Shown here piece by piece: positions 45,099 to 56,019 of a DNA stretch of 64,000 nucleotides. A program made the translations under genes and the position numbers. Under the pieces are notes generated by a model, which saw nothing but the letters and a program-made list of their open reading frames with translations, was not told where the DNA came from and searched no databases. The stretch comes from Candidatus Kapaibacterium sp. (GTDB taxonomy: Bacteria > Bacteroidota > Ignavibacteria > Kapaibacteriales > UBA2268). The DNA lies in assembly GCA_023957315.1 (NCBI GenBank), contig JAMLHE010000002.1:263750-327749 (forward strand), in the 5' to 3' direction. Each line of letters opens with the position of its first letter. Position 1 is the stretch's first letter.

Positions 45099-47014
45099 TA
45101 TTTATAACTCCTGACAGATAAGGGTACATTTTCGAAAGTTAATTCTTCTTGGTGTCTGGTTGGCTTATTGCCTACTCCGGTGTATTCCCAAGCTGCGACG
45201 TGAGTGTATTTTTCATCATTACGAACTGCTTCGCCATCGGGAGTTTGGTGTTCTTCGCGGAAGTGACCTCCACAGGATTCATCTCGTTCGAGTGCATCCC
45301 ATGCCATTACTTCGGCAAATTCGAGGAAATCGGCTACACGCAAAGCTTTTTCGAGTGCCATATTGAGCGAGTCGGGTTCACCCGTGACGTTCAAATTCGC
45401 CCAAAATTCTTCTCTGATTTGGGGAATTCTTGCAATGGCTTCTTTCAGTCCGGCTTCATTTCTCGCCATTCCAACTTTATCCCATATCAAGGTACCCAAT
45501 TCTTTGTGGAATGATGTAGGAGTTCTTTTGCCATTAATCGAAAGCAACAAGTTGATTTTGTCTTTAGCTTCTTGCTCTGCTTTTTGGAATTCGGGATGCG
45601 AAGTTGTGACACTTTTATCCATCGGATTATTTGCAAAGAAATGACCGATTGTGTAAGGAATTACAAAATAGCCGTCTGCCAAACCTTGCATCAATGCGCT
45701 TGCTCCGAGACGATTTGCACCATGGTCGGAGAAATTTGCTTCGCCGATAACGTGCAATCCGGGAATGTTGCTCATAAGATTGTAATCAACCCATAAGCCA
45801 CCCATTGTATAATGCGATGCCGGATAAATCCTCATCGGCGTTGTATATGGGTCTTCGCCTGTAATGCGTTCGTACATTTCGAAAAGATTTCCGTAGCGTT
45901 CTTCGATGGCATGTTTGCCTAAGCGTCCGATTGCATCTGCGAAATCGAGATATACACCATAACCTGTGCTGCCAACGCCACGACCTTCGTCGCAAACTTG
46001 TTTTGCTGCACGTGATGAAATATCGCGTGGTGAAAGATTGCCAAAGCTCGGGTATTTGCGCTCTAAGTAGTAATCGCGCTCTTGTTCGGGAATATCCTGA
46101 GGTGCACGATTATCGCCTTTATTTTTTGGAACCCAAATTCTGCCATCATTTCTGAGCGATTCCGACATTAGCGTTAGCTTAGATTGGTGGTCTCCACTAA
46201 CGGGAATGCAAGTTGGGTGAATTTGTGTAAAGCAGGGATTTGCAAATAATGCGCCCTTTTTGTAAGCACGATAAGTTGCAGTAACGTTACATGCTTGAGC
46301 ATTTGTCGAGAGGAAAAATACATTGCCGTAACCGCCTGTAGCGAGTACGACTGCATCGCCAACGTGCGATTCGATTTTGCCCGTAACGAGGTCGCGTGTA
46401 ACAATTCCTCTGGCATAGCCATCAACTAAGACTACATCCAACATCTCTTTGCGAGTGTGCGATTTAACTTTTCCGGCAGCAATTTGGCGGTTTAGAGCCG
46501 AATATGCCCCAAGTAGAAGTTGTTGCCCCGTTTGTCCTCGAGCATAAAATGTTCGCGATACCTGTGCCCCACCGAATGAACGATTAGCTAAAGTTCCGCC
46601 ATATTCGCGTGCGAAAGGCACGCCTTGAGCCACGCATTGGTCAATAATATTGGCGCTTACTTGTGCTAAGCGATAAACATTAGCTTCGCGAGCACGGAAA
46701 TCGCCACCTTTTACAGTGTCGTAAAATAATCTCCAAATGGAATCACCATCATTTTGGTAATTTTTTGCGGCATTGATTCCACCTTGTGCAGAAATGCTAT
46801 GAGCGCGTCTTGGGCTGTCATTATATGTAAAAGTTTCGACATTGTAGCCAAGTTCGCCAAAAGTGGCAGCAGCCGCGCCACCTGCAAGTCCGGTACCGAC
46901 GACTAAAATCTTGAATTTGCGCTTGTTAGCGGGATTAATCAGCTTCATATCAAAGCGATATTTGTCCCATGATTGTGCAATTGGTCCGGATGGTATTTTT
47001 GAATCTAATTTCAT
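45098..47014 (-). CDS. sdhA: succinate dehydrogenase/fumarate reductase flavoprotein subunit
   Basis: FAD-binding [10 protein letters not shown]; 638 aa Bacteroides-type Frd/Sdh flavoprotein; conserved HPT/R..H catalytic region. Confidence 0.9.
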   Translation of the reverse strand: MKLDSKIPSGPIAQSWDKYRFDMKLINPANKRKFKILVVGTGLAGGAAAATFGELGYNVETFTYNDSPRRAHSISAQGGINAAKNYQNDGDSIWRLFYDTVKGGDFRAREANVYRLAQVSANIIDQCVAQGVPFAREYGGTLANRSFGGAQVSRTFYARGQTGQQLLLGAYSALNRQIAAGKVKSHTRKEMLDVVLVDGYARGIVTRDLVTGKIESHVGDAVVLATGGYGNVFFLSTNAQACNVTATYRAYKKGALFANPCFTQIHPTCIPVSGDHQSKLTLMSESLRNDGRIWVPKNKGDNRAPQDIPEQERDYYLERKYPSFGNLSPRDISSRAAKQVCDEGRGVGSTGYGVYLDFADAIGRLGKHAIEERYGNLFEMYERITGEDPYTTPMRIYPASHYTMGGLWVDYNLMSNIPGLHVIGEANFSDHGANRLGASALMQGLADGYFVIPYTIGHFFANNPMDKSVTTSHPEFQKAEQEAKDKINLLLSINGKRTPTSFHKELGTLIWDKVGMARNEAGLKEAIARIPQIREEFWANLNVTGEPDSLNMALEKALRVADFLEFAEVMAWDALERDESCGGHFREEHQTPDGEAVRNDEKYTHVAAWEYTGVGNKPTRHQEELTFENVPLSVRSYK

Positions 47015-47781
47015 TATCCTATTACTCCTTTACCTAATCCGAAAATTAACACCGAAACGGGAATTGAAGCAAATCCTACGAATAATCCCCACCCGATTAG
47101 CTTGCTAACGAGCATCAATCGGGGAGTCGTTTTCGGACCGCTCCATCCCAATGTTTGGAACATTGATTGAATAGCATGTGATAAATGTAGTGCCAAAAAC
47201 AGCACCGCTAAAATATAAACAACAGCTACAATTGGCTTGTTGAATCCTGCGATTACCATTTTGTAAGCATCATGTCTGTCAAAAATTCCTTCACCTTCGG
47301 TAACCTGAATAATATTGCCGCTGTGGTCAATCACACCTGATGATTGCAACACGGGACCATAGTTTTCACGATAGTCGGCATATTCGGGATTGGTTACTAA
47401 AGCTGTAAAATGTAATAAATGATATACTACAAATAGAAAAATCACTATTCCCGAGTAAATCATAGTACGGGAATAAAGTGTGGATTTGACATAGCTTGTG
47501 ACGCTATATCCTTCCGGTCGGGCTTTCATGTTCAGAAACTTCAATTTGAGAGAAGTATAAACATGAAGCACTACGCAAAGAAGCAACACTAAACGCATAA
47601 GCCAGAGCAATTCGCCCGTGCTTTTCAGAAAATGTGCGTAAGTATTGAATACATCTGCGCCCAAGAAAACCTGCAAATTTCCGACCATATGACCAATTAC
47701 GAAAAGAACAAGTATCACGCCTGTCCCAGCCATAATGACCTTATTAAAAATGGTAGAGTTGAACGGGTTGTAACTGCTCAT
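47014..47781 (-). CDS. sdhC: succinate dehydrogenase/fumarate reductase cytochrome b subunit (Bacteroidota-type)
   Basis: ~5 TM membrane anchor with conserved His ligands, first gene of sdhCAB. Confidence 0.8.
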   Translation of the reverse strand: MSSYNPFNSTIFNKVIMAGTGVILVLFVIGHMVGNLQVFLGADVFNTYAHFLKSTGELLWLMRLVLLLCVVLHVYTSLKLKFLNMKARPEGYSVTSYVKSTLYSRTMIYSGIVIFLFVVYHLLHFTALVTNPEYADYRENYGPVLQSSGVIDHSGNIIQVTEGEGIFDRHDAYKMVIAGFNKPIVAVVYILAVLFLALHLSHAIQSMFQTLGWSGPKTTPRLMLVSKLIGWGLFVGFASIPVSVLIFGLGKGVIG

Positions 47782-47974
47782 GGCATCTTTATGTATTTAT
47801 TAATAAAAAATTGTTAGTTGTCAATTTTAACATATTTATTTCATGATTTCCAAAAATTCGTCAAATACAAAGTTCAAAATACAAAATGTGAGCGTATTTT
47901 CAAAGTTTATGTGGTATTTTTTTGAATAAATTTGGATTTGTGTAGGTATTGAGAAATCAGGAACATAATATATA

Positions 47975-48018
47975 TAAAAATGGCATGAGTAATGACTTTT
48001 TACACATCACTCATGCCA
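47975..48018 (-). terminator. candidate terminator after TonB-dependent receptor gene
   Basis: ggcatgagt...actcatgcc hairpin followed by U-rich tract on the minus strand. Confidence 0.4.
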
Positions 48019-48050
48019 ATATTAAAATTCACCAATTCAGTGCATTGTTT

Positions 48051-50450
48051 TTACATCCCAAAAACGAAGTTCACCCAATAATTTCTTTCGGCGGCAGGGA
48101 AAAATTCCGGTCCGATGGCGCCCGATGCATAGTACAAATTCGTCAGATTGTTCACCACGGCATGAATTTTCATTTCTTCGAAAAATGGCAATTGCTTGAA
48201 AGTGTAAATCAGGCTTGCATCCAGCACTGTATATGCATCAAAGTTGTTATCTGCGTAATATCCACCTCCGAGATGACTTCTGATTCGCTCGTCAGTGGTC
48301 AGCATATCTCCGAAATTGTCCGTTTTATAAGTGCCGACATGCTTTAGGGCTACACCGAAGTACAAATCTTTGGTGCTGATGCCTACTCGTAAATTCGCCA
48401 TAAAATCGGGGAAACCGGCAATATTATTATCCGCAAGCGATACGAGATGACCCTGGCGAGTTGAGAAATTGTATTCGATAATTTTATTTTGGCTATAAGT
48501 TGCGTTGCCACTGATTCTCAAATCGAATAAATCCGAAACGTTGAAGATTTTCGTAGCCTGAAGCTCAATCCCATAGTGGCGGGTTTTTGGTGCATTGCCA
48601 TCAATCGGCGAGCCGAACAAATCGGTTTGCCCGCTTTTGACAAGCTCATCAGCGTATTCCATCCAATAGAATCCCGCATTTACGCTGAAATCTGTAGTCA
48701 AGTATCCCCAACCAAGCTCGAGATTGAGCATCTTTTCGGGTTTGACGAGTGCTTTGCTGAAGTCGTAAAGCCGAGTGCCATCTGAAGTAGTATCAAATGC
48801 AAATAGAGGTTTAGCACCCCAAAAAGCATCACTTGCAGCATAGAGATTCTTCATCCGCGGCTCGCGAGAAGTGTGTGCAAGTGAAATGTATGTGTTCATT
48901 TCATCAGTGACGTTGTAGTTAACGCCGATTCGCGGATTGAAGAAAACGTAATTAACATCAAAAAGTCTTTCGCCATTGCCCACTATAGTGCCGTCAGTAG
49001 TCGAATATTCAGTGAAAACATTGCCTGCTTTTTCGTTTTCGATTCCATAAGATTGATAAACGATTTGTGCATCCAAATTCAGTGCTATTCTTTCGGTCAG
49101 AAATAATTTCTCATTTGCAAATACGGAAAAGATATTGCGAATTCCATCATAATTGTAAAATTTGAAACCGGGGTCGAAATTCTCGGGCAAATTTTCTGCA
49201 AAATTAATCTTACCCCAATGATTGGAGCGGTGCATTCTTATTTCCATTCCACTTGTGAAAATGCCGTTTCCGTGATTCCAAACCAGACGCGGAATCCATC
49301 CGCCGTATTTATTGCCAACAAAAGCGCGTATTATCGGATTTGTCGGGTCATTGGCATCAGGATAGCCATTTTGCTCATTCAAACGGAATGACGAGGCATC
49401 TGTCCAGCCTGTGCCGTCATAATCAAAATATCCTTGACCTGTTTTGAAAAAAAGTGCTGATTTCAGCTCAAGATTCTCGGAAATGTGCCAATCATTCAGC
49501 AATTCAATCTGTGGTTGCGAAAATTGCTCTACTTCTTGATTTCGGCGAACTGTCACCCAATCTACTTCCGTTCCGTTTTCGCGGTCGTAAGACCAATAAT
49601 TGTAATTAGCTCTGCGTTTGTCGGCATCTTTTACATATGCTTTGGGCAAGCCCGTATAAGCCAAGCCGTCATCTTGCGAACCTGTAATAAAATTTATTTG
49701 CGTTGTCAGATTATCGTCAAATCGTGCGACGCCGAATTGGTAACTGTTCAAAGTTGCCCAAGATTGGTCGCGGTAACCGAATGAATTAATGCGATTTATA
49801 CGAGTATAAAAAGCATATTTATTATCAATTAATCCACTCGAAGCCGAAAGCCCGAATTTCGAGCCATATTGCCCGGCATTATATAGCGATGAGGCGCTTT
49901 CCTGAAAGCCAATTCCGGTGCTGAATTCGACAGACCTTTCACGAGCGAAATTCTTGGTGGTCATGATAATTGAACCACCAATTGCAGCAGCACCATAACT
50001 GCCAATTCCGGCTCCGCGTTGGACTTGGATGCTTTCGAGCCCCGAAGCCAAATCAGTCATGTTAATCCAATAGAAATTGTGGTCTTCGGGGTCGTTCTGA
50101 GGAATGCCATTAATGACAATAGAAATTCGTCGCTGGTCGAATCCGCGAAGTGTAAGATTGGTATAGCCGATAAAATTTCCACTTTCGGAGTATGCCAAAA
50201 TTGACGGCGTCTCGCTCAGGATTTTCGGCAAATCGTTTACTGTGTGGCGCTGGGCAATTTCCGAAACAGTGATTTCAGAAAAGGGTACAGGTGATTCTCG
50301 CTCTTGGGCGCGAGATGTGGTAACGGTTAGACTCGGTATCTTATATACACGAGTGGAATCTACGTTCAACTCTTCGGAATGAACGGTGAAAGCACCAATA
50401 AAAATCAGTGCAAATGCGATTAAGAAAATATTTCTCATGGAAAACTCCAA
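48051..50450 (-). CDS. TonB-dependent outer-membrane receptor (probable thiamine/thiamine-precursor transporter)
   Basis: Signal peptide, plug domain, 22-strand barrel, C-terminal ...NFVFGM; TPP riboswitch in 5' leader. Confidence 0.8.
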   Translation of the reverse strand: MEFSMRNIFLIAFALIFIGAFTVHSEELNVDSTRVYKIPSLTVTTSRAQERESPVPFSEITVSEIAQRHTVNDLPKILSETPSILAYSESGNFIGYTNLTLRGFDQRRISIVINGIPQNDPEDHNFYWINMTDLASGLESIQVQRGAGIGSYGAAAIGGSIIMTTKNFARERSVEFSTGIGFQESASSLYNAGQYGSKFGLSASSGLIDNKYAFYTRINRINSFGYRDQSWATLNSYQFGVARFDDNLTTQINFITGSQDDGLAYTGLPKAYVKDADKRRANYNYWSYDRENGTEVDWVTVRRNQEVEQFSQPQIELLNDWHISENLELKSALFFKTGQGYFDYDGTGWTDASSFRLNEQNGYPDANDPTNPIIRAFVGNKYGGWIPRLVWNHGNGIFTSGMEIRMHRSNHWGKINFAENLPENFDPGFKFYNYDGIRNIFSVFANEKLFLTERIALNLDAQIVYQSYGIENEKAGNVFTEYSTTDGTIVGNGERLFDVNYVFFNPRIGVNYNVTDEMNTYISLAHTSREPRMKNLYAASDAFWGAKPLFAFDTTSDGTRLYDFSKALVKPEKMLNLELGWGYLTTDFSVNAGFYWMEYADELVKSGQTDLFGSPIDGNAPKTRHYGIELQATKIFNVSDLFDLRISGNATYSQNKIIEYNFSTRQGHLVSLADNNIAGFPDFMANLRVGISTKDLYFGVALKHVGTYKTDNFGDMLTTDERIRSHLGGGYYADNNFDAYTVLDASLIYTFKQLPFFEEMKIHAVVNNLTNLYYASGAIGPEFFPAAERNYWVNFVFGM

Positions 50451-50497
50451 TGTTAATAATGAGTTCCCCGTTGAGATTATGAGAGACTTGAATAATT

Positions 50498-50598
50498 GGG
50501 CTGTCCTTGCGGCAACGCGTTTCCCTCCGCCGGTATTACCCGGATCAGGTTCAAGGAGACTCTCTCAGCCATACCTATTTTGGTATAGCACCTCCAAC
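50498..50598 (-). promoter_or_regulatory. TPP (THI-box) riboswitch
   Basis: Minus-strand RNA ..GGUGCUAUACC..GCUGAGAG..CCUUGAACCUGAUCCGGGUAAUACCGGCGGAGGGAAACG.. matches TPP aptamer consensus (GGUGC / CUGAGA / ACCUGAUCyGGnUAAUrCCrGCGnAGGGA). Confidence 0.85.
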
Positions 50599-50716
50599 GG
50601 TCTTTAATTCTTTTGCCCAAACGAAGCAAAAATGAATTTATTGTTAATATCGAATTCTAACTCAAACTACGCAAATGTCGCATTGTACGTTAATAATAAT
50701 TTACAAATAGCAAATA

Positions 50717-51409
50717 ATGAAAAATTTAATTCAGTTAGAAAATTTAAGCAAAAGTTACGACGAAGGTTCGGGCAAACATCAAGTATTTTTGGGATTGAAT
50801 TACCAATTCAAAGTTGGTGAAATCACCGTCATGTTCGGCAGAAGCGGCAGCGGAAAATCAACTTTGCTCAATCTAATCAGCGGAATTGATGTGCCCGATA
50901 GCGGAAGTATTATTATCAACGATGAAAATATTTCCGAGCTGAACGAGCACAAACGTACGATATTTCGCAGAAATCATATCGGCTTCATTTTCCAATTTTT
51001 CAATCTTATACCGACTTTGACATTACTCGAAAATCTCCTTTTGCCGATGGAATTGAAGGGCAAATTAACGAGTGAGGACATCGAAAAAGCAAAAATGATG
51101 CTCGTCGAGGTTGGATTGGGTGGCAAAGATGCCAAATACCCCGATATGCTCTCAGGTGGCGAGCAACAACGCGTAGCAATTGCAAGAGCATTGATTCACA
51201 ATCCCGATATTATTTTGGCAGATGAACCCACCGGAAATTTGGATAAACATACCGGAGCAAGTATAATCGAGCTCTTGGATAGGCTTGTCAAGCAAAAAAA
51301 TAAGACTATGATTATGGCTACGCACAGCAAAGAGCTAATCGGATTGGCAGATAATATTTTGTCAGTTGAAGGCGGCGGTCTGGTCAGCATAAGCAAAGAG
51401 GACATCTGA
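50717..51409 (+). CDS. ABC transporter ATP-binding protein (LolD/MacB/FtsE family)
   Basis: Walker A GRSGSGKST, signature LSGGEQQRVAIARAL, Walker B ILADEPTGNLD. Confidence 0.9.
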   Translation: MKNLIQLENLSKSYDEGSGKHQVFLGLNYQFKVGEITVMFGRSGSGKSTLLNLISGIDVPDSGSIIINDENISELNEHKRTIFRRNHIGFIFQFFNLIPTLTLLENLLLPMELKGKLTSEDIEKAKMMLVEVGLGGKDAKYPDMLSGGEQQRVAIARALIHNPDIILADEPTGNLDKHTGASIIELLDRLVKQKNKTMIMATHSKELIGLADNILSVEGGGLVSISKEDI

Positions 51410-53958
51410 TGGGATTCACGATAAATCTGTCATCTTTGCGCTATTATCTCAAAAACCCGATGCAATTGATTTTGTCAATAGTTGGTGTGGCGCTGGGAGT
51501 TGGTGTAGTCGTTTCGATAGATTTGGCGAACGAAAGTGCTTACGAAGCATTCAAACTTTCGATGCGTAGCGTGTCAGGCAATGCCACTCACTATATTTCC
51601 GGCGGTCCGAACGGATTCAGCGATTCGGTTTATAGGCACATCAAAGTAGATAAAGCGTTTCGGAAATCTGCACCTGTGGTCGAAAAATTTATACGAATCC
51701 AAGATGAAAAGTTTGGTGTTGTTACCTTGATGGGAATTGACCCTTTTGCAGAGCAAGGTTTCAGAAACTACGTTAATGCCGATGATTTCAATTTCGGTGG
51801 AGCATTGGGCGATTTTATTATGTCTGAAAATGCTGTAATTATTCCTAAAGATTTGGCAAATGACTTGAATAAATCAATCGGCGACACAATTATTGCCGAA
51901 TCCGACGGTAAGATTTTCACAATGTCAATAGCCGGAATTATCGAACCTGATGAGAATTCGATTGATTTGAAAAATTTCGTATTTACCGATATTTCTACCG
52001 CACAGCATCTTTTGGGAATGGGCGATATGATTTCGCGAATTGATTTGATTTTGCCCGAAGAAAATGAAAAAGAAATCTTGGCGGAATTAAAGCAAAATCT
52101 ACCCGAATATACAAATATTAATCCCTCTGCGGCTCGCTCTAAAGCCGGGTCGGGAATGACGGAATCCTTCAGAATCAATCTCGCAGCAATGAGTTTGTTG
52201 GCATTAATTGTCGGTATATTTTTGATTTATAATACTATGACATTTGCCGTAGTTCGCCGCCGCCGATATATCGGATTGTTGCGTTCATTGGGCGTCACAG
52301 GGAAAGAGATTTATTTTTTAGTGCTGAGAGAGGCTTTCATAATCGGCTTGATTGGCACTTTTCTGGGAATTGCGATTGGAATTCAATTGGGCTATTTCAT
52401 GACCAATTTGGTTACAAAAGTAATTAATGATATGTATTTCGTGCTTCAAGTGCAAACCGTTGAAGTGTCTTCACTTAGCCTGCTCAAAGGGATGTTGCTC
52501 GGTTTGGCAGCAACAGTGATTGCGGCACTCAAACCTGCCCACGAAGCCGGTAAAGTTCCTGCCGGAATGGCACTCGCCCGCTCATCACAAGAGAAAAAGC
52601 TCAAATCACAAATTTCAAAATTCAATATTTTCGGCATAATTATATTTTTATCGGCGATTCCAATATTATTTATCGAAACTGATAGTATTTATTTAACTTA
52701 TCTCGGTGTTGTTCCGGTGATTTTGGGATTCAGTTTGCTAATACCGCAATTTATCATAATAATCGTAGCAATAATTAAACCTGTAGTCTCTAAATTATTC
52801 GGAACGATTGGCTCGATGGCTGCTCGCAGTATAGTTACTCAGCTTAGCCGGACGACTATTGCTGTTGCGGCTCTGTGTGTGGCAGTTTCTGCAGCAATCG
52901 GCATCGGGACTATGGTCAAAAGTTTTCGCAATACGGTTGATGATTGGTTGCATTTCAGGCTCAAAGCGGATATTTATGCTTCGGTTCCGACAAATGTTTC
53001 GCGATTCAACGATGGCTCATTTTCGCGTGAAATTGCCGCTCGAATCTTGGAATTGGACGAAGTTAGAGCAATGAATTTATATCGCGAATATCAACTCAAT
53101 GACGGCGGCAGGATTTATCACCTGCTTGCCGCTCAGGTACAGTCTTTCGAGCATGAACAATTCAAGACGGAAGGCGGAATTTCGATGGATGAACTTTGGG
53201 ACAAATTCCAAAATGAAAATTCAATTATCATGAGTGAATCATTCGCTTTCAAAAATAAAGTTGAAATTGGCGATACTTTATCATTAGTCACAGACAGAGG
53301 GCGAGTGACATTCAATATTGACGGTTTATATTATGATTACAGTTCGGACATCGGGCTGTTGATGCTCGGGATGGACACTTATTTGAAGCACTTTGATGAT
53401 GAGATGTTATCCGGAATTGCTGTATTTGCCAATGAAGGAGTAAATATTGATTCTTTGGAACGACAAATTAAAATTGCGGCAGGTGACGATATCGAATTTC
53501 TTGTGCGCTCGAATAAACGGCTAATTGATGGCTCGATTGAAATATTCGACCGAACATTCATTATCACTAATGTTTTGCAATTGCTTGCTATTTCGGTAGC
53601 TTTTATTGGGATTTTATCGGCATTGATGGCATTGCAACTCGAGCGTGCTCGCGAATTCGGCGTTCTGCGCTCAATCGGGATGACTCCCGCCCAACTCCGA
53701 AAACTTGTAATATTGCAAACGGGAATTATGGGATTCATTGCGGCAATCGCAGCGCTTCCCCTCGGGAATATTTTGGCTTATATTTTAGTTACTGTGGTGA
53801 ACAAACGTTCTTTCGGATGGACTGTCAATTTTGAATTTATTCCGGAATATATGCTCCAAGGATTTGTCGTTTCGATATTAGCTTCAGTATTGGCAGGTAT
53901 TTATCCGGCAATCAAGTTGTCTCAGTCTTCACCGGCTAATTCGTTGAGGGAGGAATAA
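51409..53958 (+). CDS. FtsX-family ABC transporter permease (two FtsX domains, 849 aa)
   Basis: Two 4-TM FtsX-like modules each preceded by a large periplasmic loop; translationally coupled to the ATPase. Confidence 0.8.
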   Translation: MGFTINLSSLRYYLKNPMQLILSIVGVALGVGVVVSIDLANESAYEAFKLSMRSVSGNATHYISGGPNGFSDSVYRHIKVDKAFRKSAPVVEKFIRIQDEKFGVVTLMGIDPFAEQGFRNYVNADDFNFGGALGDFIMSENAVIIPKDLANDLNKSIGDTIIAESDGKIFTMSIAGIIEPDENSIDLKNFVFTDISTAQHLLGMGDMISRIDLILPEENEKEILAELKQNLPEYTNINPSAARSKAGSGMTESFRINLAAMSLLALIVGIFLIYNTMTFAVVRRRRYIGLLRSLGVTGKEIYFLVLREAFIIGLIGTFLGIAIGIQLGYFMTNLVTKVINDMYFVLQVQTVEVSSLSLLKGMLLGLAATVIAALKPAHEAGKVPAGMALARSSQEKKLKSQISKFNIFGIIIFLSAIPILFIETDSIYLTYLGVVPVILGFSLLIPQFIIIIVAIIKPVVSKLFGTIGSMAARSIVTQLSRTTIAVAALCVAVSAAIGIGTMVKSFRNTVDDWLHFRLKADIYASVPTNVSRFNDGSFSREIAARILELDEVRAMNLYREYQLNDGGRIYHLLAAQVQSFEHEQFKTEGGISMDELWDKFQNENSIIMSESFAFKNKVEIGDTLSLVTDRGRVTFNIDGLYYDYSSDIGLLMLGMDTYLKHFDDEMLSGIAVFANEGVNIDSLERQIKIAAGDDIEFLVRSNKRLIDGSIEIFDRTFIITNVLQLLAISVAFIGILSALMALQLERAREFGVLRSIGMTPAQLRKLVILQTGIMGFIAAIAALPLGNILAYILVTVVNKRSFGWTVNFEFIPEYMLQGFVVSILASVLAGIYPAIKLSQSSPANSLREE

Positions 53959-55124
53959 TGAAGCGATATTTAATGTCCACAGGCGCGCTTGTCCTATTTG
54001 TTGCAATGGTTGTATTGTTCTTAATCTATGGCATCAAAAGAGATAGTAAATTGCCCCAAAGTTTTAACACTATTTCGGTCAGCGATGCTATGAGTGCAGA
54101 CGAAGGCAACTATACGAAAGCATTAGAGCCGCGAGAGTTCATCTTTCCCGAAGACCACGGAGCACATGACGATTTCAAAATTGAATGGTGGTATTTCACG
54201 GGCAATTTATCGGATGAAAAAGGCAATCGTTTTGGCTACCAATTTACAATCTTTCGTAATGCATTGTCCTCCGATTCAGTTTCCAAGCAATCGTCAATGT
54301 CAACAAATCAGCTTTATCTCGCACATTTCGCTCTGACTGATGTTTCAAACGGCAAATTTTATTATGCCGATAAATATTCTCGTGGAGCCGCAAATCTTGC
54401 CGGTGCCTCGTATTTGCCACTGAAAATTCATGTCGAAGATTGGACAATTTCAACAAATGAAGAATATAATAGTGACTATCTCATGCCCGAATTTAAAATC
54501 AATGCCGATGCAGGTGATTTCGCTATCGAATTTGATGTAGTTCCACTTAAAAGCATTGTGAAACATGGAGTAAATGGACTCAGTGCCAAAAGCAATACGA
54601 CCGGAAATGCTTCATATTATTATTCATATACGCGAATGGACACTCGCGGACAAATCAAAATCGGAAATAGGAATTTTTCGGTAAGCGGCAATTCGTGGAT
54701 GGACAGAGAATGGAGCACAAGTGCCTTGGATTCGGCTCAGGTCGGGTGGGATTGGTTTTCGCTTCAATTAGACAACGAACACGAAATTATGTTTTTCATG
54801 CTCCGAAATCGAGACGGCAGTTTCAATTTTGGCAAAGGAACGTTGGTTAATCCCGATGGAAAACACGAATATATCAGCCCAAACGATATTAATATTAGGG
54901 TCACCAATCATTGGACAAATGAGGATGGACATAAATATCCCGCAGTCTGGACAATGAAAAGCGACAAATATGATTTTGATTTGAAAATTGAAACTCAAGT
55001 GCCCGACCAAGAACTGAAGCTAATCATTAGATATTACGAAGGCTCGGTATTGCTCGACGGAACACATAAAGGGCAAAAAGTCAAGGGTTATGGCTATGCA
55101 GAATTGACGGGATATACGAATTAA
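53958..55124 (+). CDS. lipocalin-like CrtC/AttH-family protein
   Basis: N-terminal anchor; HGAHDDFKIEWWYFTGNL motif region typical of hydroxyneurosporene-synthase-like/AttH proteins found next to FtsX-type ABC transporters. Confidence 0.5.
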   Translation: MKRYLMSTGALVLFVAMVVLFLIYGIKRDSKLPQSFNTISVSDAMSADEGNYTKALEPREFIFPEDHGAHDDFKIEWWYFTGNLSDEKGNRFGYQFTIFRNALSSDSVSKQSSMSTNQLYLAHFALTDVSNGKFYYADKYSRGAANLAGASYLPLKIHVEDWTISTNEEYNSDYLMPEFKINADAGDFAIEFDVVPLKSIVKHGVNGLSAKSNTTGNASYYYSYTRMDTRGQIKIGNRNFSVSGNSWMDREWSTSALDSAQVGWDWFSLQLDNEHEIMFFMLRNRDGSFNFGKGTLVNPDGKHEYISPNDINIRVTNHWTNEDGHKYPAVWTMKSDKYDFDLKIETQVPDQELKLIIRYYEGSVLLDGTHKGQKVKGYGYAELTGYTN

Positions 55125-55178
55125 TTTGTTTATTAGCTGTAAGTTTGTTAAATTTCATTTCTGTATCTTACAAATTAT

Positions 55179-56003
55179 TTGGAGTATATTATGGATTTCG
55201 AATTATTCCCTATCGTTTTAGTTTTAGTCGCAATAATATTAGCTTCTGCAATTAAAGTCGTTCGCGAATACGACAGAGCCGTCGTTTTCAGACTTGGTCG
55301 CTTGATTGGATTCAAAGGTCCAGGACTTATCATACTCATCCCTTTCATTGACCGTATGATAAGAGTCTCACTCAGAACTATTACTATGGATATCGAGCCT
55401 CAAGATGTTATCACCAAGGACAACGTCTCAATCAAAGTCAACGCAGTGCTTTATTTCCGCGTAGTTTATCCTGACAAAGCAATTGTTGACGTAGAAAACT
55501 ATTTGTATGCCACTAACCAAATCGCTCAAACTACTCTCAGAAGTATTCTTGGTCAATCAGATTTGGACGAAATCCTTTCTGAACGAGAACAAATCAACGT
55601 TAGGCTTCAACAAATCATTGATGAGCATACCGAACCTTGGGGTATTAAAGTCGCTTCAGTCGAAGTTAAACAAATTGATTTGCCTTTGGAAATGCAACGT
55701 GCAATGGCTAAGCAAGCCCAAGCCGAACGCGAACGCCGTGCCAAAGTAATCAATGCCGACGGCGAATTCCAAGCCTCTAAAAAACTTGCCGAAGCAGCCG
55801 AACAAATCTCGAAGCATCCTATTGCATTGCAATTGCGCTTTTTGCAAACATTAGCCGATGTTGCTACCGAAAAGAATTCTACTATTATATTCCCTGTGCC
55901 GATTGACTTATTGACTCCATTTATGGAGCAATCTCGCAATATGACAAGTGAAAATTTGGATGAATTCAAGAAACTGATCGAAGCTTTCTCTAAAAAAGAT
56001 TAG
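55179..56003 (+). CDS. SPFH/band-7 (stomatin/prohibitin-like) membrane protein
   Basis: N-terminal TM then SPFH domain and coiled-coil ([18 protein letters not shown]). Confidence 0.8.
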   Translation: MEYIMDFELFPIVLVLVAIILASAIKVVREYDRAVVFRLGRLIGFKGPGLIILIPFIDRMIRVSLRTITMDIEPQDVITKDNVSIKVNAVLYFRVVYPDKAIVDVENYLYATNQIAQTTLRSILGQSDLDEILSEREQINVRLQQIIDEHTEPWGIKVASVEVKQIDLPLEMQRAMAKQAQAERERRAKVINADGEFQASKKLAEAAEQISKHPIALQLRFLQTLADVATEKNSTIIFPVPIDLLTPFMEQSRNMTSENLDEFKKLIEAFSKKD

Positions 56004-56019
56004 GGTAATAAGATAAAAT

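Noticed and set aside
47949-48347. 132-aa plus-strand ORF overlapping the 3' end of the TonB-dependent receptor gene
   Set aside because: Antisense to the receptor barrel's C-terminal region. No domain similarity.
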